The translations under genes were made by a program, and so were the position numbers. 7,608 nt of DNA, from IMG/VR virus record IMGVR_UViG_2734482594_000017. The stretch is one strand, 5' to 3'. This stretch comes from a virus (taxonomy: Duplodnaviria > Heunggongvirae > Uroviricota > Caudoviricetes). Below are positions 1 through 6,130 of the stretch, piece by piece. The notes beneath the pieces are model-generated. The model worked only from the letters and a program-made list of their open reading frames with translations, was not told the origin of the DNA and did no database searches. Position 1 is the stretch's first letter. Every line of letters begins with the position of its first letter.

Positions 1-500
1 TCTTCGTTTTCTCCTGGGCGGTGTATTAACTTTTCATCAAGGCCAAATTCGAAATTAAACTCGTCACCTTCACGGACAACACGGGCTGACAGGCTGGCGA
101 TTTGACCTGAACGGCGAGCCAGATCAATCATGCCGCGATAGCCAATGATTAGCTGAACGTTTTTTTTACCGCTCTTTTCGTTTTTATTACCAAAAGGCAG
201 TAAATATGCATGACCGAGGGCGCTACCGGGCTCAAGTCCGAGCTGTGAACACTGTACGATTGCACTGACAAAACTCATAGTGTCACAGTTTCCTAACGCC
301 GGAACTTTACGAATTTCTGTGGTGGCGATACGGATCATACGTTCAGCCGTCATATGGCGTGGAAGAGCTGCTGCCAGTTGCTCTTTCATTGATGGCTGGT
401 TAATAAAACTAATCACGTCGTTATTTTTAATTGCTGCTGGTGCACGGTTTCCCTGAGTTTTTTGCAGATCGGCTTTTGCGATTGGTGGTTGCTTAGTCAT
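1..500 (-). CDS. recT: RecT single-strand annealing recombinase, N-terminal ~166 codons; 3' end lies beyond the window start
   Basis: Minus-strand ATG at 498-500; translation begins [27 protein letters not shown] and the frame at the window edge reads [19 protein letters not shown], matching my recollection of E. coli RecT. The start overlaps the recE stop by 8 nt. Confidence 0.93.
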   Translation of the reverse strand, partial: MTKQPPIAKADLQKTQGNRAPAAIKNNDVISFINQPSMKEQLAAALPRHMTAERMIRIATTEIRKVPALGNCDTMSFVSAIVQCSQLGLEPGSALGHAYLLPFGNKNEKSGKKNVQLIIGYRGMIDLARRSGQIASLSARVVREGDEFNFEFGLDEKLIHRPGENE

Positions 501-3075
501 TTGCATATTCCTTAGCCCAGCGGGGCAGTGATAACGTCTTAATAGCTGGCCATTCATCGGTATTGAGGCAGTCAGCCAGGGTTCGCAGATTGCGGTGATA
601 TTCCAGCTGACCTGCCAGTTTTGCTTCTTCGCCCATCATGAAAATTTCAACCGGATAACGTCCGCATTCAATAGTTGTGCTGGCAACCAGAAAAANNNNN
701 NNNNNNNNNNNNNNNNNNNNNNNNNNNNNNNNNNNNNNNNNNNNNNNNNNNNNNNNNNNNNNNNNNNNNNNNNNNNNNNNNNNNNNNNNNNNNNNNNNNN
801 NNNNNNNNNNNNNNNNNNNNNNNNNNNNNNNNNNNNNNNNNNNNNNNNNNNNNNNNNNNNNNNNNNNNNNNNNNNNNNNNNNNNNNNNNNNNNNNNNNNN
901 NNNNNNNNNNNNNNNNNNNNNNNNNNNNNNNNNNNNNNNNNNNNNCGCTCTGATACATGAGTTCAATTTTCCGGCCTTCTTCGGCAGTGATAACCGTTTT
1001 TCCTGTGCTTGCGCATTCCCTCAGAAACGCTTTCTCTTCTTCTTTTCCGGAGTTTGTCCGGCGGTTAAATTCAGGTGCTACGATAAAGCGGTTACTGAAT
1101 TCTTCCGGCTCAAGTACCCGGCAGTGGAAAGCGGTTCCTAAATCGAGCGTTTTTGTCTTTGTGGTGTCCACGGGGGCATTTTTACGCCACAAATACAGTG
1201 CCGGAGTATCAGCAATGTCATCGAGCTGAGACTTACTGACACCGGGACCCGCGTGGTAATTCTCATTCGAAATTCCGTAATAAATACCTGGCTCTATGTC
1301 TTCTACGATTACGGGATCTGCGACTTCGCCAGTTTCATCACTGCAATCGCGATGCGGATCGCTGCCNNNNNNNNNNNNNNNNNNNNNNNNNNNNNNNNNN
1401 NNNNNNNNNNNNNNNNNNNNNNNNNNNNNNNNNNNNNNNNNNNNNNNNNNNNNNNNNNNNNNNNNNNNNNNNNNNNNNNNNNNNNNNNNNNNNNNNNNNN
1501 NNNNNNNNNNNNNNNNNNNNNNNNNNNNNNNNNNNNNNNNNNNNNNNNNNNNNNNNNNNNNNNNNNNNNNNNNNNNNNNNNNNNNNNNNNNNNNNNNNNN
1601 NNNNNNNNNNNNNNNNAATCGCGAGTCTGGATCCCCTTTACCCATTTCGGATCGTTCGGGTCGCTAATTCCGTCAACAAATTCACCACGTGATGCAGCAA
1701 GCAATTTATCGGCATCGACAGGATTTTTTGATGGAATGTTTTTCCGGGCTTCATGGAGTTCTGCCCGCAGTTCCTGATATTTCGCATCAACAGAATTTAC
1801 CTGTGACTGAGCATCCAGCGGCTGCGTGTCCTGATGATGTTCAGTTGCGTCCGGTTCCATTGTTTCAGCCTCTCCCTGTTCAACTGCCGTTGTTCCAGAT
1901 GGTTGCGGTTTTTCTTCATCATCCTGTTTTCCTTCTTCTGTTACTCGCTGCGGCATCGGGGCAGAGGAGCGACCGCAGGCAATATCCACGATTTCCGGAT
2001 CAGGGTTGGCATGATCGGTTTCAGTCAGTACTTTGTTCAGATATTCAGTGACGTGCGCGGGGATGACCTCGATCCCAATTGGTGCTTCTTTTACGGACGC
2101 AACCACGATGGCGCGGGAATAATCCAGCCCGCCAGGCATGGTGATGAATTTGTCGCGGAAAACAGAAAAGGGCGGTTTATTTTCAGCGATAATTTCCTCA
2201 ATGCGTTTAGCGTGTGCCGGATGAAGGTTATAGATGTCCAGATCCATTGAACGGGCCAGTACGCCAGTGGCTACGTCCCGCGCCAGTGACGTCAGATCGT
2301 GTACGAAACCTTCGCCGCGATCGGTGAGGTTTCCGCCGCCAGCATTAGCACCGGAAGCCGTGCGAGTGATGTGTGAAACACGATTACCCTTCATCCACTC
2401 TTTTGTCAGCAGTCCTCGATCGGTGTAGTCAGCGTTCAGGTATGCTTCGAAAAAAGCAGTTATCAGTCCCAGGTTTGAATTACCAGGATTAGGGAAAACT
2501 TTGTCAGTGTCACGAACCAGTTTGTGGAGTTCGCGAATTTCCAGCGGGTCGAGCAGGCTGGTTTTGTGGGAAACAGCCAGGGCAGTAACAGCCGGTAGTT
2601 CTTCAGCCCGAGCAATGTGTAATGCCTGGAGTCCGTCGCGTGAAACGTGCGTTACCGGTTTTTCGCTGCCGTGTTGAGCAAGCCAACGAATGGGCAGTTC
2701 CTGGCCAGAAATTGGGAGTAGCATATTCTCCTCAATCTCAGTCATGTCTTCGCCGTTGACGTTGGTATTGCCTTGATAGTGAGCGTTGTCTGGTGCTGCT
2801 CCCGGTTTTAGTTCCCATGTCATGGAGTCTTTGCTGAGTTGATAGCGTTCACTCCAGGTAAAATCGATCTCACCTTCAGCGGGCAGGTCATTAACGACAG
2901 GAAAATTCGTGGCAACAGCTTTAAAATAGCTGCTCAGTTTTTTACCTGACTTAACGATCAGGTAGTCCAGAGTGGCACAGGTCGATTCAAAATCGTTGCT
3001 TGCCCACAGGACGACGTCAGGTTCACCGGATGATTTTTTCGCTTTCCGTAACAGGAAGAGTGGTTTTGTGCTCAT
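493..3075 (-). CDS. recE: RecE exonuclease VIII (5'-3' dsDNA exonuclease), interrupted by two N-masked runs
   Basis: Minus-strand ATG at 3073-3075 with GAGGT upstream; 486 visible N-terminal residues ([24 protein letters not shown]...KGIQTRD). The segment 946-1366 translates, in a different frame, to [16 protein letters not shown]...[17 protein letters not shown]...ELMYQS (nuclease domain). The segment 493-695 gives ...[29 protein letters not shown]...[13 protein letters not shown], with TAA at 493-495. The frame differences across the N runs show the masked lengths are not the true lengths. Confidence 0.92.
696..945. other. N-masked run (250 nt) inside the recE 3' region; content unknown
   Basis: Run of n characters; the flanking recE segments are in different frames, so the true length differs from 250. 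Confidence 0.99.
1367..1616. other. N-masked run (250 nt) inside recE; content unknown
   Basis: Run of n characters; the recE frame changes across it. Confidence 0.99.
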
Positions 3076-3146
3076 TGTTTTTTAACCTCAACTCAGATTA
3101 AAATTCGTTTTGTTCAGTGAATGATCTTGCCGGATACACACTGTTC

Positions 3147-3171
3147 ATAGCCTGCGCCATACGCAGGCTAT
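3147..3171. terminator. Perfect 10-bp inverted repeat (ATAGCCTGCG / CGCAGGCTAT, 5-nt loop) between the racC stop and the recE start; candidate terminator or attenuator hairpin
   Basis: Read directly: 3147-3156 atagcctgcg, loop ccata, 3162-3171 cgcaggctat. On the plus strand it is followed by ttctttcagattt (U-rich). On the minus strand it sits 6 nt after the racC stop and has no U-tract. Confidence 0.4.
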
Positions 3172-3176
3172 TTCTT

Positions 3177-3452
3177 TCAGATTTCACCTTTTAATTTCAT
3201 TGCAATTAGAGTTGCCAGAAATTCGGCTTTTTTTTCTGCGGGCAGATTCTTTCCGATATGCACCAGGCACATTTTTTTGACACCTTCATCAAGTGTTTTT
3301 ACGTTGCCTGATGGACCATCGATATCAACCACAGTGAATGGGGTTTCTTTATTTTCTGTTTTAATTACGTAGCCAATGCGCTTTCCTTCCAGATTCACCT
3401 CGTGAACAATGTCATCGGTAGTTACAACAGTGGCTTCATAATTGGTAATCAT
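3177..3452 (-). CDS. racC: RacC, small Rac prophage protein of unknown function (91 aa)
   Basis: Minus-strand ATG at 3450-3452, preceded by AAGGAG with a 6-nt spacer; translation MITNYEATVVTTDDIVHEVNLEGKRIGYVIKTENKE...KLKGEI; stop TGA at 3177-3179. The longer ORF in the track (from 3500) lacks a ribosome-binding site. Confidence 0.88.
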   Translation of the reverse strand: MITNYEATVVTTDDIVHEVNLEGKRIGYVIKTENKETPFTVVDIDGPSGNVKTLDEGVKKMCLVHIGKNLPAEKKAEFLATLIAMKLKGEI

Positions 3453-3526
3453 GTTTTTCTCCTTAATTAAGGTTGAGCGAATACCTGCCATTTCTGGCAT
3501 AAATTCAGTTTCGAATAGTCAATTAA

Positions 3527-3697
3527 TTAAAGTTCATGTGCCATCTGGTCTTTTTCGGCACAAGCTTCACTGCAATATTTTCTCGGTTCGTCTTTTGATA
3601 AAATCCCGTGCATGAAGTGAAGCATTCTTTCAATAGCTTTGCTTTCTTCAACGTCTTTTTTGCAAAGGTGGTAAGCACATTTTATTTTCTTAGTCAT
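3527..3697 (-). CDS. ydaE: YdaE, small cysteine-rich (putative zinc-binding) Rac protein, 56 aa
   Basis: Minus-strand translation MTKKIKCAYHLCKKDVEESKAIERMLHFMHGILSKDEPRKYCSEACAEKDQMAHEL, stop TAA at 3527-3529. The upstream sequence is GGCGGAG then ATGGTGATG, so the start could be at 3703 (58 aa) or 3697 (56 aa). Confidence 0.85.
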   Translation of the reverse strand: MTKKIKCAYHLCKKDVEESKAIERMLHFMHGILSKDEPRKYCSEACAEKDQMAHEL

Positions 3698-3713
3698 CAC
3701 CATGACTCCGCCT

Positions 3714-3935
3714 TTACAGGTANNNNNNNNNNNNNNNNNNNNNNNNNNNNNNNNNNNNNNNNNNNNNNNNNNNNNNNNNNNNNNNNNNNNNNNNNNNNNN
3801 NNNNNNNNNNNNNNNNNNNNNNNNNNNNNNNNNNNNNNNNNNNNNNNNNNNNNNNNNNNNNNNNNNNNNNNNNNNNNNNNNNNNNNNNNNNNNNNNNNNN
3901 NNNNNNNNNNNNAGGTGACTGCAACCAGTTAACAA
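3714..3935 (-). CDS. kilR: Probable KilR (FtsZ / cell-division inhibitor); about 85% of the ORF is N-masked
   Basis: Position between ydaE and sieB as in Rac. The ORF across the mask is 73 codons plus stop, which matches my recollection of kilR length, but the masked length is unreliable. Only the first 7 codons (TTG-start, LTGCSH) and the last 2 codons (YL, then TAA at 3714-3716) are visible. An alternative frame ends in a TGA overlapping the ydaE ATGs. Confidence 0.45.
   Translation of the reverse strand: MLTGCSHXXXXXXXXXXXXXXXXXXXXXXXXXXXXXXXXXXXXXXXXXXXXXXXXXXXXXXXXXXXXXXXXYL
3723..3912. other. N-masked run (190 nt) covering most of the putative kilR; content unknown
   Basis: Run of n characters. 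Confidence 0.99.
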
Positions 3936-4040
3936 TTACAGTCGGCTTTCCCACCCAAACCAATAAGGACTAACATGACTTTTAACTGTGCCACGTGCGC
4001 TTAGCCGCATTCACCGCATCACAAAATTCACTTTAAAAAG

Positions 4041-4082
4041 GGCGGACATCAGCCGAACTTCAAGAAAAAAACTGATGCCGCC
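4041..4082 (-). terminator. Imperfect inverted repeat (GGCGGaCATCAG ... CTGATGCCGCC; 11 bp with a 1-nt bulge, 19-nt loop) with a U-tract on the minus strand; candidate intrinsic terminator for leftward transcription upstream of kilR
   Basis: Read directly. On the minus strand the stem is followed by CTTTTTAAAGTGAATTTTGTG. The loop is long and A/T-rich, so the structure is only moderately stable. Confidence 0.3.
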
Positions 4083-4300
4083 AGGACTACACACAGCAAT
4101 GTCGTTATTTACAACCGGAGGCGCACTCCCACCATTTAAATTTAACAGACAAGACCGACTCTTTATGGATATCGGAAATGCGCCTTCGTGTTGTGCCCGG
4201 TTTTATTTCACCACCTCCGGGCTTCGGTGGTCTCGGCTATACCCCTACAGCGAGAGCTTGTGTTAACATTTCAATACCCTTACAGTTGAGAGTTATTGAT

Positions 4301-4789
4301 ATGTTGGATGTATTTACTCCATTGTTGAAACTTTTTGCTAACGAGCCACTCGAAATACTTATGTATACGATTATCATTTTTGGTCTCACTCTCTGGCTGA
4401 TACCGAAAGAGTTTACTGTCGCATTCAATGCTTATACTGAAATACCTTGGCTCTTTCAGATTATCGTTTTTGCCTTTTCTTTCGTGGTCGCCATTTCCTT
4501 CTCAAGATTGCGAGCACATATTCAAAAGCATTATTCATTACTACCAGAGCAACGAGTATTGCTTCGTTTATCTGAGAAAGAAATCGCTGTATTTAAAGAT
4601 TTCCTTAAAACAGGAAATCTTATTATCACTTCTCCTTGCCGTAACCCGGTTATGAAAAAATTAGAACGGAAGGGCATCATTCAACATCAGAGTGATAGCG
4701 CAAACTGTTCTTATTATCTCGTCACCGAAAAATACTCCCATTTTATGAAGTTATTCTGGAACAGCAGGAGTAGACGTTTTAATCGTTAG
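4301..4789 (+). CDS. sieB: SieB superinfection exclusion protein (162 aa, membrane-associated)
   Basis: ATG at 4301; translation MLDVFTPLLKLFANEPLEILMYTIIIFGLTLWLIPKEF...NSRSRRFNR with hydrophobic N-terminal segments; stop TAG at 4787-4789. The track ORF beginning at 4178 is an upstream in-frame extension without a credible start. Confidence 0.9.
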   Translation: MLDVFTPLLKLFANEPLEILMYTIIIFGLTLWLIPKEFTVAFNAYTEIPWLFQIIVFAFSFVVAISFSRLRAHIQKHYSLLPEQRVLLRLSEKEIAVFKDFLKTGNLIITSPCRNPVMKKLERKGIIQHQSDSANCSYYLVTEKYSHFMKLFWNSRSRRFNR

Positions 4790-4941
4790 CTTACTGTGTG
4801 CTTCTCCAACCATCGGCGCGCACCAGTTTCGGTTTTAAATGTTTTGCTTTTGGTATACGTCATGGCAGTGAACGTTCCATCCTGGTTGGGGAACACGCCG
4901 CACACCAGGGATTCGTTGTTGCCGAGGTCGATTTTTTGCAT
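4786..4941 (-). CDS. ydaF: YdaF, small Rac protein of unknown function (51 aa)
   Basis: Translated codon by codon on the minus strand: MQKIDLGNNESLVCGVFPNQDGTFTAMTYTKSKTFKTETGARRWLEKHTVS; ATG at 4939-4941, TAA at 4786-4788. Its 3' end overlaps the sieB stop convergently (4786-4789). It lies 10 nt downstream of the ydaG stop with a weak ribosome-binding site, so translation is probably coupled to ydaG. Confidence 0.75.
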   Translation of the reverse strand: MQKIDLGNNESLVCGVFPNQDGTFTAMTYTKSKTFKTETGARRWLEKHTVS

Positions 4942-4951
4942 TTTGCGAATC

Positions 4952-5086
4952 TCACATCTTGTTGCTGTGTATAGCGACTTCTGCCTGCCAGAGATCCCAG
5001 TCGTTGCTGCGTAAAGCCTGCACAGCCTGGTTGTAAGTGATACCGCAACAATCCATCAAATACTGAACTACTTCGTAATGCACCAT
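4952..5086 (-). CDS. ydaG: YdaG, small Rac protein of unknown function (44 aa)
   Basis: Minus-strand ATG at 5084-5086 preceded by AGGGGAGAGA; translation MVHYEVVQYLMDCCGITYNQAVQALRSNDWDLWQAEVAIHSNKM; stop TGA at 4952-4954. Confidence 0.75.
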   Translation of the reverse strand: MVHYEVVQYLMDCCGITYNQAVQALRSNDWDLWQAEVAIHSNKM

Positions 5087-5254
5087 CTTATCTCTCCCCT
5101 TAACGCCGGGTGGCGGAACTGAAACCTGCTGCACTGCAAAATCTGAACCCTGCCGTCATGTTCATACGCCTCGGGCTGGCTACTTAACCCCTGACCACTG
5201 CCTGGTAACTCGAAGTATTGCCCTGCGTTCTGTGGGGCGGGGTGGGTTGGTAGG

Positions 5255-5305
5255 TATATAATGTACTTTGTGTTCATTGATGTAAAGTACTATAAGTACA
5301 TTTTG
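5255..5305. promoter_or_regulatory. Cluster of GTAC-core repeats (ATGTACT, AAGTACT, AAGTACAT) with an embedded TATAAT; candidate operator/promoter region upstream of ydaG-ydaF
   Basis: Read directly: atgtact at 5261-5267, agtact at 5286-5291, agtacat at 5295-5301, and a 7-bp inverted repeat gtacttt / aaagtac. TATAAT lies at 5257-5262 on the plus strand. On the minus strand there is a TTTACA - 17 nt - CATTAT promoter-like arrangement. Confidence 0.35.
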
Positions 5306-5376
5306 TGTGTAAAAAAATGAGATGGGATAAAGTGAAGCACAAACCCGGAGGGGGACGCTACCGGATTTATGCTGGT

Positions 5377-5814
5377 TTAAGAGGCTTTTTGTTTTTTCTT
5401 TCGTGCTAGCTCTTCGTAAATTGCATTGTACTTCTGTTTTTTCTCCTCAAGAGTTTTTAAAAGTTCATCTGTCTCACTGTCAGGGAGCTCGTCCAGAAGG
5501 TCAATGATGATTTTTTGTCTTGGATTTAACTCCTGATAGAAACGTACCTGTCCACTTTCTTCTGTATCCTCTCCCAAAAGATAGGTTGGTGTTGTTCCAA
5601 TGAGTGTTGCTAATTCCCTTAATTTCTCTCGGCGAGGAATTGTTTCGCCATTAAACCATTTGCTAACCGCTTTTGGTGTTAATTTCATTCGACGGGCAAT
5701 TTCTGCCTGCCTTCCATGTTGTTCATAACCAGCGTTTTCACAGGCTAGCGCAAGCCTACTGGCGAACTCTTTACGCGCTTTATCTTCATGAACCATAAGT
5801 TCAATGATATTCAC
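5377..5814 (-). CDS. racR: XRE-family helix-turn-helix repressor in the RacR position (up to 145 aa)
   Basis: Minus-strand ORF with stop TAA at 5377-5379. It contains an HTH signature (QAEIARRMKLTPKAVSKWFNGETIPRREKLRELATLIGTTPTYLLG) and is divergent from the cro-like ydaS. The start is ambiguous: GTG at 5814 or ATG at 5796, neither with a strong ribosome-binding site. The name rests on synteny; I cannot confirm identity to K-12 RacR. Confidence 0.75.
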   Translation of the reverse strand: MNIIELMVHEDKARKEFASRLALACENAGYEQHGRQAEIARRMKLTPKAVSKWFNGETIPRREKLRELATLIGTTPTYLLGEDTEESGQVRFYQELNPRQKIIIDLLDELPDSETDELLKTLEEKKQKYNAIYEELARKKKQKAS

Positions 5815-5875
5815 TCTTGAATGTACTGTCAGTTCTGTTATAGCATGTACTCAAAGTTCACATTGTGAGGGTGAT
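5815..5875. promoter_or_regulatory. Divergent repressor / ydaS control region (candidate OR-like operators and promoters)
   Basis: A 61-bp gap between divergent start codons containing two ATGTACT repeats (5821-5827, 5845-5851), the palindrome ACTGTCAGT (5825-5833), and GAGGGTGAT before the ydaS ATG. Confidence 0.5.
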
Positions 5876-6130
5876 ATGAACCAGAAAACACTTGAAGATG
5901 TAATCAAAACTGTTCGCGTTTCTGTTGTGGCCGACGTTTGTGGTGTCAGCCAAAGAGCAATCTACAAATGGATGGATAACGGAAAATTGCCTCGCACAGA
6001 ATATACCGGCGAAACAAATTACGCTGAAAAAATCGCTCATGCATCAAACGGATTATTTTCTGCTGATGTAATTTTAACTATTGGCAGAAATAAAACTACT
6101 ACGAAAAAGCTGATGGGAGTTGATTCATGA
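5876..6130 (+). CDS. ydaS: YdaS, Cro/CI-type HTH protein (YdaS family)
   Basis: ATG at 5876 preceded by GAGG with a 5-nt spacer; translation MNQKTLEDVIKTVRVSVVADVCGVSQRAIYKWMDNGKLPRTEY... with an HTH; TGA at 6128-6130 overlaps the ydaT ATG (ATGA). An upstream in-frame ATG at 5804 would overlap the repressor start and is unlikely. Confidence 0.72.
   Translation: MNQKTLEDVIKTVRVSVVADVCGVSQRAIYKWMDNGKLPRTEYTGETNYAEKIAHASNGLFSADVILTIGRNKTTTKKLMGVDS

Noticed and set aside
1830-1970. Acidic low-complexity stretch in RecE ([35 protein letters not shown]...)
   Set aside because: Consistent with a flexible linker in the large N-terminal part of RecE, which is dispensable for recombination. Not evidence of a separate feature.
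957-2428. Several plus-strand ORFs (957-1229, 1253-1777, 1296-1667, 1689-2051, 1834-2250, 2234-2428) antisense to recE
   Set aside because: They lie entirely inside the well-supported recE coding region on the opposite strand, have biased low-complexity composition, and some run through N masks. Typical antisense-frame artefacts.
3177-3500. Longer 107-aa version of racC starting at 3500, and longer 203-aa version of sieB starting at 4178
   Set aside because: The strong ribosome-binding sites and the known protein lengths point to the internal ATGs (3452 and 4301). The upstream extensions are open frame without start signals.
3988-4266. Plus-strand 92-aa ORF in the kilR-sieB intergenic region
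   Set aside because: No ribosome-binding site, Arg/Ser/Pro-rich low-complexity translation (MPRALSRIHRITKF...), and it overlaps the probable sieB promoter and leader. Most likely non-coding.
4237-4655. ORFs 4237-4428 (minus) and 4428-4655 (plus) inside sieB
   Set aside because: Alternative-frame or antisense ORFs within the sieB coding sequence; no independent support.
4796-5051. ORFs 4796-5014 (plus) and 4860-5051 (minus) overlapping ydaF and ydaG
   Set aside because: Out-of-frame or antisense to the two small genes, which have the better start signals and match known protein lengths.
5257-5262. Perfect TATAAT on the plus strand as a stand-alone promoter for an antisense RNA to the repressor
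   Set aside because: No acceptable -35 element (the upstream sequence is GGGGCG) and no extended -10 TG. Kept only as part of the regulatory-region finding, not as a promoter call.
5068-5277. Minus-strand 69-aa ORF overlapping the ydaG start
   Set aside because: No Shine-Dalgarno sequence upstream, it runs through the G/C-rich tract and operator-like repeats, and it overlaps the ydaG ribosome-binding site and start in another frame. Better explained as the ydaG 5' untranslated region.
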